DNA of 64,000 nucleotides from Parcubacteria bacterium C7867-005 (lineage in GTDB: Bacteria > Patescibacteriota > Minisyncoccia > Phycocordibacterales > Zambryskibacteraceae). A program made the position numbers and the translations under genes. The stretch covers positions 190,984-254,983 of the forward strand of contig LFCO01000003.1 in assembly GCA_001189165.1 (NCBI GenBank), read 5' to 3'. A model generated the notes under the pieces. The model worked only from the letters and a program-made list of their open reading frames with translations. It ran no database searches and had not been told where the DNA came from. Below are positions 28,136 through 36,978 of this stretch, piece after piece; the stretch's first letter is position 1; every line of letters begins with the position of its first letter.

Positions 28136-29707
28136 ACTCTCTCGAGCTTTTTTAAATTCGTCTGGCAACTCAGCAAGTTTTACACTACTGGTTGGTTGAT
28201 ACACCGGAGTCCCCATCATTCGACGGTTTAATGTTCCATCAGCGGCCGCTCTCACTCTTTCCTCAGCGATATCTAAATATTCTTTCATAATATCTGATCC
28301 ATATCCTTTGCGATCATGAATCACTGCTGCACAAACTGAGCTTCCTACGCCAAGATAGGGATCAAGTACTGCATCACCTGGGTTGGTCATGGATAACACC
28401 AATCGTTCAATAAGCTCGATCGGGAATTGACATGGATGGTCTGTTTTTTCCGGGTGATTATTTTTAACATTCGGAATATCCCAAACATCTTCGGGGTTTT
28501 TACCTAAAGGGTTACCGGACAAAGTTCCGTATTTTTCGTTTTTCTTAAAATTCTTTTTACCTGGGTACTTTTGGGGTACTCGTACAGGGTCAAGATTGAA
28601 GGTGTAATTGTCGCCTTTAGTGAACCAGACGATTGTTTCGTGTCGTCCTGAAAATCGCTTGGTGCAATGTAGACCATGGCCAAATCGCCAGATGATACGA
28701 TTGCGAAGCTTCAATCCATACTTTTTACCTATCTGATAAATCAAGGCATCTAGCGGAAAGACTTCGCCGTCTTTTGCGATATGGTTTCCGACCTGCCAGC
28801 AGATACTTCCGTCATCAGTAAGTATTCGAACTGCTTCTTCAAAGGTTTGCTCTTGTGCAGCCAGATATACATCTAAGCTTGTTCGTTTTTCGTACTCCTT
28901 ACCAATGTTATAGGGTGGTGATGTAACTATTAGTTTTACCGATTTATCTGGAATAGATTTCATTAAATCGAGGCGATCTCCTTGGAATAAAACCACATCC
29001 GCATCCGCGCTGTATTTATTTGCGATTTTAATTTTCTTCTTCCGATTGAACAGTGAGTGCTGATCTACAGCGATCACGGGTTTTTGTTTTTTTACCTCTT
29101 TTTGTTCAGTCTCCTCGCTAGTCTTTACAACATCTAAAACAATTCCCTGAATTGTTAAACGTGAAGGGTGAATAAACTTTGGCTGGAGGTCAGGATTAGC
29201 TGGCTGTAGTCTTATTTGCCCTTTTTCTTTATAGTATTTTTTGAGAGTAGCTTCGTTTTCATCTATCAAAGCAACAATTTTCTGCCCATTCTCAGCTGTT
29301 GATTGATTTCGTACAACTACCAAATCCCCATCATCAATATTTTCATCAATCATACTTGTACCTGATACACGAAGGGCATAAACTTCACCACCTTTTGGCA
29401 TTTTTGATTTTGGAATAGCTATAGTTTCTCTTTCTTGAATTGCCTCAATTGGCTCTCCTGCGGCTATAGTGCCAAGCAGAGGAATCTTTACCCAAGGTTC
29501 GTCGCTTGCAACACTGATCGCACGAGCTTTGTTATCCACCTTATCCAGATAACCCCCTTCTTTGAGCTTTGCTATGTGAAAATGTGCAGTGGAAACGGAG
29601 GCAAGCTTAAATTTCTTTTGGATATTTTCCAAAGAGGGAGCGTAACCCTTCTTTTCTAGGTAGTTTTTAATGAAGTCGAGGACTTCTTTTTGACGTTTTG
29701 TAAGCAT
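28115..29707 (-). CDS. LexA-type repressor fused to a beta-class amino DNA methyltransferase (probably N4-C)
   Basis: N-terminus MLTKRQKEVLDFI...GYAPS, IAAG, GTSM, TLKK; C-terminus VTSPPY, HPCQFP, DPYLGVGS. Confidence 0.88.
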   Translation of the reverse strand: MLTKRQKEVLDFIKNYLEKKGYAPSLENIQKKFKLASVSTAHFHIAKLKEGGYLDKVDNKARAISVASDEPWVKIPLLGTIAAGEPIEAIQERETIAIPKSKMPKGGEVYALRVSGTSMIDENIDDGDLVVVRNQSTAENGQKIVALIDENEATLKKYYKEKGQIRLQPANPDLQPKFIHPSRLTIQGIVLDVVKTSEETEQKEVKKQKPVIAVDQHSLFNRKKKIKIANKYSADADVVLFQGDRLDLMKSIPDKSVKLIVTSPPYNIGKEYEKRTSLDVYLAAQEQTFEEAVRILTDDGSICWQVGNHIAKDGEVFPLDALIYQIGKKYGLKLRNRIIWRFGHGLHCTKRFSGRHETIVWFTKGDNYTFNLDPVRVPQKYPGKKNFKKNEKYGTLSGNPLGKNPEDVWDIPNVKNNHPEKTDHPCQFPIELIERLVLSMTNPGDAVLDPYLGVGSSVCAAVIHDRKGYGSDIMKEYLDIAEERVRAAADGTLNRRMMGTPVYQPTSSVKLAELPDEFKKARESLFGARG

Positions 29708-29795
29708 ACTATTGACTTGATTATTGTACTTAGAGTATACTAGAAAGAAAATAGAAAATCAAAGTCGACTTATCCACAATTAATATTTAAACATT

Positions 29796-30008
29796 ATGCC
29801 CAAGTACATTAGGAACGCAGGTAAACAATGGACTTCTCAGGAAGAGAAAAGGCTTGTTCAATTAGCAAAAGAAAACACTCCGACCAGAGTAATCGGTTTA
29901 AAACTTGGAAGGCCAGCTGGTGGAGTGAGAGGAAAGGCTCAAGAATTAGATATTAGTTTGCGACCAACAAACCAATCCCCATACAATCGCACCAAGTCTG
30001 GGAAATAA
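29796..30008 (+). CDS. Small basic HTH-like hypothetical protein
   Basis: GKQWT..EEKRL..LA...IGLKLGR. Confidence 0.7.
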   Translation: MPKYIRNAGKQWTSQEEKRLVQLAKENTPTRVIGLKLGRPAGGVRGKAQELDISLRPTNQSPYNRTKSGK

Positions 30009-30019
30009 TTTAACAATCT

Positions 30020-31210
30020 ATGGAGCAAATTGAAGAATTAATTAAAAAAGCAAAAGACGACTCGGTTAACGTATCCAGCCTGCTCAGGGATATAAAGATG
30101 TTGCTCAGTGAACTTAATCAACCATTGCCAGAGTGGGTAGCTTCTGAGCTCGAAGGATATGGTAAGGCAAAGGTACCGAAGTACAGGCAGATAAAAGGAC
30201 AAATGAAAGCATGGAATCCTTTTTATGGATGGGTTCCTGTGATTCATAAGAGTTCTGAAATTGAAAATAAGGTATGTACTAGAGGTTCAGGCCAATCGAT
30301 TCGAGAATTAGAGGAATTACTTGCTGACAAATCTTCTAGTAGTTACGAGATGCCTTACCCAGCATCATTTGCAGATCAAATAATTGAAGGCGGCACGAGA
30401 ACAAAAGTGTCTCTATTTATTAGCCGCACCTCACTCACGCATATTTTAGAAACAGTAAGAAACAAGATTCTGGATTTGTTACTTGAGCTTAAGAAAAGTG
30501 ATGGTGCTGTTGAGAGAACGACAGGCGAGGTTCAGAAGGCTGTCGGAGGTATGAGATTGCCAGGTGGAATTGCACTCGGCCCATTGATGTTTAGTAAAGA
30601 TGGGAAGACAGCGAGCACAATAATGGGTCCAGCAATTATCCCATTTGATTACGGTATTACTAATTCACTCAACAATCTAAATAGAACTGATCTACCACAC
30701 GATGAGTTCCAATCAGCTTTTAATTCTCAAGTAGAAGATTTGATTGCCGAAACGCTTATATATTTTCAAAACCGACTGAAGCCTGTAGTCAAAGGAAACT
30801 CGGGGCAATTTAATAGTATCGATCGATGTATTAAGGAATATGAAAAATGCGAAATTGATGTAAAGAATTTGTGTGATGCCGAATTTCTTTTAAAAGTTGA
30901 TCAGGTACGTGGTAGAAAACACCATTCAGACAGGCGTTATGACGCTGATTACTCCATAGGTGAAGTCAGCTATGATTCAGTTGAAAAACTAAGAGAACTG
31001 AATCGTAAGGTACATACAATAATTCACGCCTTGAATGACAGTCTAGCTGTAACTCATAAAGACTACGACGTTAAGGTCACTCAGACAGCGAATAGCGTAT
31101 CAATCGAATTTACTGCAACAAGTCATGCTTTTGACTTAACTCGTGGCGGAAAGACTGTTCCTAAGAAGGAGAAGGACTCTGGTGACGAAGGGTTGGCTGG
31201 TAAGAGTTAA
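30020..31210 (+). CDS. AbiTii-like N-terminal domain protein
   Basis: VSSLLR...WVASELEGY...VPKYRQI.G resembles AbiTii; C-terminal half unrecognised. Confidence 0.65.
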   Translation: MEQIEELIKKAKDDSVNVSSLLRDIKMLLSELNQPLPEWVASELEGYGKAKVPKYRQIKGQMKAWNPFYGWVPVIHKSSEIENKVCTRGSGQSIRELEELLADKSSSSYEMPYPASFADQIIEGGTRTKVSLFISRTSLTHILETVRNKILDLLLELKKSDGAVERTTGEVQKAVGGMRLPGGIALGPLMFSKDGKTASTIMGPAIIPFDYGITNSLNNLNRTDLPHDEFQSAFNSQVEDLIAETLIYFQNRLKPVVKGNSGQFNSIDRCIKEYEKCEIDVKNLCDAEFLLKVDQVRGRKHHSDRRYDADYSIGEVSYDSVEKLRELNRKVHTIIHALNDSLAVTHKDYDVKVTQTANSVSIEFTATSHAFDLTRGGKTVPKKEKDSGDEGLAGKS

Positions 31211-31242
31211 ATCATTATAAGGCAGGTTTTTAGACAGAATAA

Positions 31243-31398
31243 TCCACCGCATTCTGTCCTTTGTCCGACTTCGGTTTTGGTACCTCGAACCATTGAGGGT
31301 GAGCTTTGAATATAGCCCTCAATTCTTGTATACTTTTATCAATATCCTTGAATTTGAGCCACGTTTTCGGTTCAAACTTCGGGACATCGCCACCGCCA
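31243..31398. repeat. Cassette right-end repeat, copy 1 (~155 bp)
   Basis: Colinear similarity with 33241-33394 (e.g. tgtatacttttatcaa, ttgaatttgagcc). Confidence 0.8.
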
Positions 31399-31451
31399 GA
31401 TTGGCAACTTTGAACCCAAGCAAAATAAGGGTTTGTGCCAAAATTATCAAC

Positions 31452-31748
31452 ATGAAATTCAAGAACGACAAATTTCGCAAAAATAGAGGTGGCTATACGA
31501 GACTGCTGAAAATCAGTTGTGAAAAGTGTAGTTCTTCAATTTGCCTCTATCAGAAAGACGGCCCGGGTAACCTGCGCCGAATGTATATTGATCGAATGAT
31601 CGATCCGACAGTTTCCATTTTCCGAAAAGATCTTTCTTGTCCGAAAGGCCATCTGCTTGGAGTCAAAATAATTTACGAAAAGGAAAAGCGCCCAGCTTTT
31701 CGGCTCTTTGTGGATTCTGTAACAAAGAAGGTTGTTAAGAATAAATAA
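31452..31748 (+). CDS. Hypothetical Zn-ribbon-like protein
   Basis: CEKC...YQKDG.G.LRRMY.DR...CPKGH; start MKFKND. Confidence 0.7.
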   Translation: MKFKNDKFRKNRGGYTRLLKISCEKCSSSICLYQKDGPGNLRRMYIDRMIDPTVSIFRKDLSCPKGHLLGVKIIYEKEKRPAFRLFVDSVTKKVVKNK

Positions 31749-31749
31749 C

Positions 31750-32298
31750 ATGTCAATCAAAATTACTTATTTCGTACACGGCACCACAACTGACAACGAA
31801 CAGCATATTTCTTCCGGTTGGAAGGATGTTGAGCTTTCCGAGCTCGGTGTACAGCAATCAATCGCACTCAAAGATCAGACTAAAGATCAAAAATTTGATG
31901 TTGTCTTTTGTTCTGACTTAAAGCGTGCTCACGACTCTGCAAAACTTGCATGGGAAGGAATATACGAAATTATTCCTGACGCTAGATTGCGTGAATGCAA
32001 CTACGGGAAACTGAATGGTGCGTCATCAGACATTGTCGAGCCGATGCAGGAAGAAGAATGTATTGAGAAGTCATTCCCTGAAGGCGAAAGTTACGAGGAT
32101 GTAAAAGCTCGCGTGGCTGATTTTCTTGAGTTTTTAAAGCAAGACTACGATGGCAAGCATATAGCTATTATCGCTCACAAGGCACCGCAATTGTCTCTTG
32201 ATGTGCTTCTTAAGGGTAAGGCTTGGGAAAAGGCTCTCGCAGAAGATTGGCGAAAGACCAAGACTTGGAAGCCTGGGTGGGAATATGAGTTGAAATAG
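31750..32298 (+). CDS. Histidine phosphatase family protein
   Basis: VHGTT.DN...SGW.DV.LS..G, SDLKRA, LRECNYG, GESY. Confidence 0.85.
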   Translation: MSIKITYFVHGTTTDNEQHISSGWKDVELSELGVQQSIALKDQTKDQKFDVVFCSDLKRAHDSAKLAWEGIYEIIPDARLRECNYGKLNGASSDIVEPMQEEECIEKSFPEGESYEDVKARVADFLEFLKQDYDGKHIAIIAHKAPQLSLDVLLKGKAWEKALAEDWRKTKTWKPGWEYELK

Positions 32299-32299
32299 C

Positions 32300-33235
32300 A
32301 TGACAGAACACATTGAAAGTGAAGCAAATAAAAGACTTAGAGCGAAGTTTGATTTCGAGAAGAATGGGTTTTATGCCGTAACGCCGTACATTGACGCTCA
32401 AATTGGTTTTGGCTGTAAAAAGAAACTGAACGCACAAGACACGAAAAATGTATCGGGTATCGGGTTCTACATTTCCAATCAGACACTTAGCGACTCCAGC
32501 TCTACAAGAAAAACTTTTTACATAACGGCTACATATGGCGAGGAATTAGCCGAGGGTATTCGGATGCGAACCAAAAAGAATTTTTGCGAGCCACTCGACT
32601 TAGAGTTTCGAGATGAATTTTTCTATGATACGAAAACAGAAAAGATTTATAAGAAAGAAAAAGAGGTTGATACGAATAGTGTATTGCTAGAAGTTTACAG
32701 AAAGCATATCAAGACAACACGACCCATTATAGGTGTAATACTTCGTACCAGACTTAGATTTTGGAGAATGTGGCTGCCTTGGATTCCAAAATCACTATCC
32801 TTCTTGTCTCACTATTTCCTATGTCTAATTTCTGGTGACAGATATACCTATGAGTTTTTGTTTCAGGAAGAAACTCTAAATGGAGAAATTATTAGTTCAC
32901 AAATGGAGGGAAGGGTTGGGCGAGGAAAGAATTCGGCAAAAGTTAAAGAGGAAGATAAGGAGGCAAAACAAATTGACTTTTTTGGGAACAAAGTGCCCCA
33001 GTGGGCAATTGTATTTTACTCAATTTTACATTTGGGCGTTTGGTTCACCCTCAAGTATTTTAGTGTCAACACTGATAATTTCGAGAAATTTTTCGGTAAT
33101 AATTTCCTCTTGGTTTTGTACGTGATCGTGTCTTTTTGGATTGTTGGAACGGTTATTCCGTTTTTGCTTAAAAAGATGGTCAAATGGTTCTCAACTCTAG
33201 CTTTTCGCTCAGCCAGTAAAGCTGTCAAAGTTTAG
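32300..33235 (+). CDS. Hypothetical membrane protein
   Basis: 311-aa ORF with C-terminal TM segments. Confidence 0.7.
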   Translation: MTEHIESEANKRLRAKFDFEKNGFYAVTPYIDAQIGFGCKKKLNAQDTKNVSGIGFYISNQTLSDSSSTRKTFYITATYGEELAEGIRMRTKKNFCEPLDLEFRDEFFYDTKTEKIYKKEKEVDTNSVLLEVYRKHIKTTRPIIGVILRTRLRFWRMWLPWIPKSLSFLSHYFLCLISGDRYTYEFLFQEETLNGEIISSQMEGRVGRGKNSAKVKEEDKEAKQIDFFGNKVPQWAIVFYSILHLGVWFTLKYFSVNTDNFEKFFGNNFLLVLYVIVSFWIVGTVIPFLLKKMVKWFSTLAFRSASKAVKV

Positions 33236-33240
33236 GGTAC

Positions 33241-33394
33241 TCCACCTCGTTCTTATCCTTGCTTGAATTCAAGTTGGACACTTCAAACCATTCAGGATGC
33301 ACTTTGTAGATAGCCCTTAGTTTCTGTATACTTTTATCAAGATCTTGAATTTGAGCCGTACTTTTGGGTCAAAGTTCCGTGCATTGTCTCCGCA
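33241..33394. repeat. Cassette right-end repeat, copy 2
   Basis: Similar to 31243-31398; ends in a tRNA-Ser 3' copy. Confidence 0.8.
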
Positions 33395-33417
33395 GTTTGT
33401 GACTCTATAATATAGAA

Positions 33418-33660
33418 ATGAAAATATGGGTTAAGGCGCGGACGGGGGCGAAGGAGGATAAAGTGCTGGCACCACAGCCTAGGTTAATACCTGAGGAAGA
33501 GGAATGGTACATCGTGAGGACGAAGGCCTTGCCCGTGGAGGGGAAGGCGAACGAAGCCATCACAAAACTTTTGGCAGAGCATTTTAAAGTTTCTAGGTCA
33601 CAAGTAAGATTAATCCGTGGCGCCACATCCAAACAAAAAGTTTTTGATATAAAGATGTAA
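33418..33660 (+). CDS. DUF167 (YggU/UPF0235) protein
   Basis: [30 protein letters not shown]. Confidence 0.88.
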   Translation: MKIWVKARTGAKEDKVLAPQPRLIPEEEEWYIVRTKALPVEGKANEAITKLLAEHFKVSRSQVRLIRGATSKQKVFDIKM

Positions 33661-33670
33661 AATAGAAGGA

Positions 33671-34159
33671 ATGAATAAAAAAATTGTACTAGCGGGTGGG
33701 TGCTTCTGGGGACTCGAAGATCTGATCAGGAAACAACCAGGAGTAGTGAATACCGAAGTGGGTTACACCGGCGGGGATAATACGGATCCAACATACGCGA
33801 ATCACTCCGGCCATGCGGAAGCGGTGGAGATAGAGTATGACCCGACTGTGACGACATACAAAAAGCTTTTGGATTTCTTCTTCCAGATACATAACCCTAC
33901 AACTCTAAATCAGCAGGGGAACGACATTGGTACCTCGTATAGGTCTGCAATATTTTATGCGAATGAGGAGGAGAGAGGGGAGGCGGAGAAATTTATAGAG
34001 ATCGTGAACGAGTCGAAGAGGTGGCCAAAGCCTGTGGTCACGAGTCTCGAGCCACTCACGAAGTTCTATAAAGCCGAGGATTATCACCAGGACTATCTGC
34101 AGAAGAATGTTGGAGGATATACCTGTCACGCCATATATTTCGATAGTTACCTAAAATAA
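33671..34159 (+). CDS. msrA: Peptide methionine sulfoxide reductase A
   Basis: [30 protein letters not shown]. Confidence 0.96.
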   Translation: MNKKIVLAGGCFWGLEDLIRKQPGVVNTEVGYTGGDNTDPTYANHSGHAEAVEIEYDPTVTTYKKLLDFFFQIHNPTTLNQQGNDIGTSYRSAIFYANEEERGEAEKFIEIVNESKRWPKPVVTSLEPLTKFYKAEDYHQDYLQKNVGGYTCHAIYFDSYLK

Positions 34160-34192
34160 TTTGGAGACTAAAAAGGTTGAGTGACGGATCAC

Positions 34193-34558
34193 TCAACCTG
34201 TGGGGGCATCGAAGGGGGAAGGTTCCCTGCTCACCACTTCACCGCGGCGGAGCTTGGCGACGATCTCATTGATCATGTCGTGGCTGAGCATCGCCTCGTG
34301 GCCCGCTCCGTTCTCGAGCATACACACGGAGCACTCTTCGTAGATCGCTTCGAGTATTTCTCGGGTCTCGCCGACCGCGCTGTCGAAGTTGTCGGAGATA
34401 TCCGTTGCTTCCCAGATGCCCTTGAAATGACCAGACTTGCCGTGGCCGAAGTAGAGGGTGTAGTTCCTCTCACTTGGACTCTTGCCGATCCAGATCTCGA
34501 GCTCGCCTGTATTCAAAAAGATCACCTTCATCAACTCCTTACTGGGGCGCTGCATCAT
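34193..34558 (-). CDS. Hypothetical protein (GC-rich orphan)
   Basis: AAGGAG before ATG; hairpin 34174-34199 over the stop. Confidence 0.6.
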   Translation of the reverse strand: MMQRPSKELMKVIFLNTGELEIWIGKSPSERNYTLYFGHGKSGHFKGIWEATDISDNFDSAVGETREILEAIYEECSVCMLENGAGHEAMLSHDMINEIVAKLRRGEVVSREPSPFDAPTG

Positions 34559-34647
34559 TCGCTCCTTGTACAGAGGGTTGCACTATGATCGATCCTATAC
34601 CTATAGTCTGAAATTGCAAGAATTCTTTGTGCTAAAATAATTAGGTC

Positions 34648-35073
34648 ATGAAATACACACAAAAACAAAAGAATCTTTTAATAGTTGGTGGTGCAGTTGT
34701 CGTCCTTATCCTCATTATTTTATTCGTCAAAGGGGGACCTGACGCTGCGGTGAATAGTTATCTAAAAGAATCCCAAGGCACTGTCGCCCTCGAAGGAGGC
34801 AAGATCAAAGTGACGGGCAAGTTCGACTGCCTCCCATACAAGAACGGCAAGGATGTGACCGAAGCGAACTGCGTACTCGGCCTAAAGAACAACGACGGAC
34901 TCTACTACGCTCTGAACACTTCCAAGGCCACATCAAATGCAGAAACCATGACCCCAGATGATTATGTAGTGATGACCGGTTCACTTGTCCGAGTAGAAGC
35001 AGCGGCCAATGTCATGTGGAAAGAATACAAGATCGAGGGGATACTCGCGGTTGACCTCATCTCTGCAGAATAG
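34648..35073 (+). CDS. Hypothetical exported/membrane-anchored protein
   Basis: N-terminal TM; CLP...C..G..YYAL. Confidence 0.7.
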   Translation: MKYTQKQKNLLIVGGAVVVLILIILFVKGGPDAAVNSYLKESQGTVALEGGKIKVTGKFDCLPYKNGKDVTEANCVLGLKNNDGLYYALNTSKATSNAETMTPDDYVVMTGSLVRVEAAANVMWKEYKIEGILAVDLISAE

Positions 35074-35739
35074 TTAGTGGGCGACAGCCAAGCAAAGTAT
35101 TTTCTTTGCACCAGCTTTCTTTAGTGCACGTCTGGCTTCTCCAAACGTAGATCCAGAAGTAGTCACATCGTCGAGGACCACCACACATCTGCCTCTCACT
35201 CTTTCAGTGTTCAACACCACGATCGAGTTTACGAGGTTTTCTTCTCGCTCACGTTTGGTGGCGTGGCTCCGTGCCTGACTATCCGAATGTTTTGTTTTGG
35301 ACAATATGTCTTTGGAGTATTCAAACGCATCACTGTCTATATTTTGCATCACCTCGCCGAGCATCTCTGTTTGATTCCATCCCCGGTCCCTCCGTCGTTT
35401 GTTTGAGATGGGTATAGGGAGGAGGAGTGGGGTGTTGCTCCACAGAGATTCAAACAAAGCTTTGTCAGCTATCTCTGACTTCAAAACATCCACCAAGATA
35501 GAACCGAGTTTTAGAGCGATCTTTTTATTACCTTTGTACTTGAGTTCCCAGATTATTTCTTTGACCGTCTTGTCCTTGTAGCTCCATACGGCCAGGATAT
35601 TCTCATCTTTCAAATCTGTGGCGGGGGAGAGTGTCTCGAGGAGCATTTGGTTCGACATACCCTCTATCTCTATAAGTGATATTGTCTTTGGGAAAAGAAA
35701 ATCCAAGAAATACTCCACTGTTTCTCGGATAATGTGCAT
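35074..35739 (-). CDS. comF: ComF-family competence protein (PRTase domain)
   Basis: LKY, PIP...RG.NQ, VVLDDVTTSGST. Confidence 0.85.
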   Translation of the reverse strand: MHIIRETVEYFLDFLFPKTISLIEIEGMSNQMLLETLSPATDLKDENILAVWSYKDKTVKEIIWELKYKGNKKIALKLGSILVDVLKSEIADKALFESLWSNTPLLLPIPISNKRRRDRGWNQTEMLGEVMQNIDSDAFEYSKDILSKTKHSDSQARSHATKREREENLVNSIVVLNTERVRGRCVVVLDDVTTSGSTFGEARRALKKAGAKKILCLAVAH

Positions 35740-35783
35740 TCGTACATCATAAACAAATAAAGACGCATGTTATACTCATATAT

Positions 35784-36911
35784 ATGGGATTGTTCTCAAA
35801 ATTTTTCTCCAAAAGTGAGCCAAGTGTCTTGGGTATCGACATAGGTTCCTCTGCGATCAAGATAGTCCAGATCAAAAAACAGAACGGCCAAGCCGTTCTA
35901 GAGACATATGGTGAGCTAGCGCTCGGACCATACGCCGGGGGCAATGTCGGACAAGCGGTCGTCCTCCCACACGACAAGATATCCGTGGCCTTGGTGGACC
36001 TCATGTCTGAGAAGGAAGTAAATATCAGTACCAACAAATGTGGGATGTCGATCCCATTTGCTTCGAGTCTCATGTCAGTGATCGAGTTTCCACAAGTTTC
36101 TCCTAAGCAACTCGGGGTGATGGTGCCCATAGAAGCGCGCAAATATATCCCTGTTCCCATATCCGAAGTGATGCTCGACTGGTCCGTCATCCCTAAATCA
36201 GAAGTAAGACCAGAAAACACCGAAGAAAAGATGCTCGGACCTGATGGTAAAGAAGTCGTACCATCTGCACCAAAGATAGATGTGCTCGTCGTGGCGATCC
36301 ACAACGACACCATAGCCAAATACCAAGACATAGTCGCCAAGTCCGGACTCGAAGCAGGATTTTTTGAGATAGAAATATTCTCTACCATGCGTGCAGTACT
36401 CGACGAATCTCTAGCACCGGTGATGATCATGGACATGGGGGCTGCTTCGACCAAACTTTATCTGATTGAGCGGGGGATCATCAAAGCGTCTCACACCGTT
36501 AATCGTGGTTCACAGGACATAACTTCTACAATTTCCAAATCCCTGGGCCTCCCCATGGAGAGGTCAGAGGTGATGAAGCGCACAATCGGTGCAGACGGCT
36601 CGGACAAGACTCTGACCGAAGTGATCAGCCTCACCCTCGATTATATTTTCGAAGAAGCGAACAGGACCATCCTCGCCTTCGAGAAAAAATATAACAAAAC
36701 AGTTTCCAAAGTGATCTTGGTTGGAGGTGGGGCGGCTCTAAAGGGTCTACCAGCACTCGCCAAGGCGAGTTTCAAAACTGAAGCCGTCGCAGGTAACCCA
36801 TTTGGCAAGCTCGCCACTCCTGCATTCCTTGAAAATATTCTGAAAGAGACTGGCCCAGAGTTCGCAGTGGCTATAGGTGTGGCACTTCGAAAGTTGGCCG
36901 AGCAGGAATAG
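35784..36911 (+). CDS. pilM: Type IV pilus assembly protein PilM
   Basis: GIDIGSSAIK, EARKYIP.P, DMGAAST, L.GGGA, VAIGVALR. Confidence 0.92.
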   Translation: MGLFSKFFSKSEPSVLGIDIGSSAIKIVQIKKQNGQAVLETYGELALGPYAGGNVGQAVVLPHDKISVALVDLMSEKEVNISTNKCGMSIPFASSLMSVIEFPQVSPKQLGVMVPIEARKYIPVPISEVMLDWSVIPKSEVRPENTEEKMLGPDGKEVVPSAPKIDVLVVAIHNDTIAKYQDIVAKSGLEAGFFEIEIFSTMRAVLDESLAPVMIMDMGAASTKLYLIERGIIKASHTVNRGSQDITSTISKSLGLPMERSEVMKRTIGADGSDKTLTEVISLTLDYIFEEANRTILAFEKKYNKTVSKVILVGGGAALKGLPALAKASFKTEAVAGNPFGKLATPAFLENILKETGPEFAVAIGVALRKLAEQE

Positions 36912-36978
36912 CTGTTATAAACACCTGAAGCAACAAATTTCTTTTAAAGCTACCATTTTTGTTCTATAATTTTCCCAG

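Larger units (their letters stand above)
27399..31398. mobile_element. Integrated cassette 1 at the tRNA-Ser(GCT) 3' end (no recombinase inside)
   Basis: ccgcca core at both ends; left end gatgtccaagttcgaaccgaa is the near reverse complement of right end ttcggttcaaacttcgggacatc. Confidence 0.75.
31393..33394. mobile_element. Integrated cassette 2, tandem to cassette 1
   Basis: Left end 31393-31434 matches 27399-27440 at 36/42; ends in gtctccgca (tRNA 3' copy). Confidence 0.75.

Noticed and set aside
31293-31451. N-terminal extension of the 151-aa ORF
   Set aside because: It spans the cassette junction; ATG 31452 mirrors the head architecture of cassette 1.
27405-33394. Prophage interpretation of the island
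   Set aside because: No structural, terminase, replication or integrase genes.
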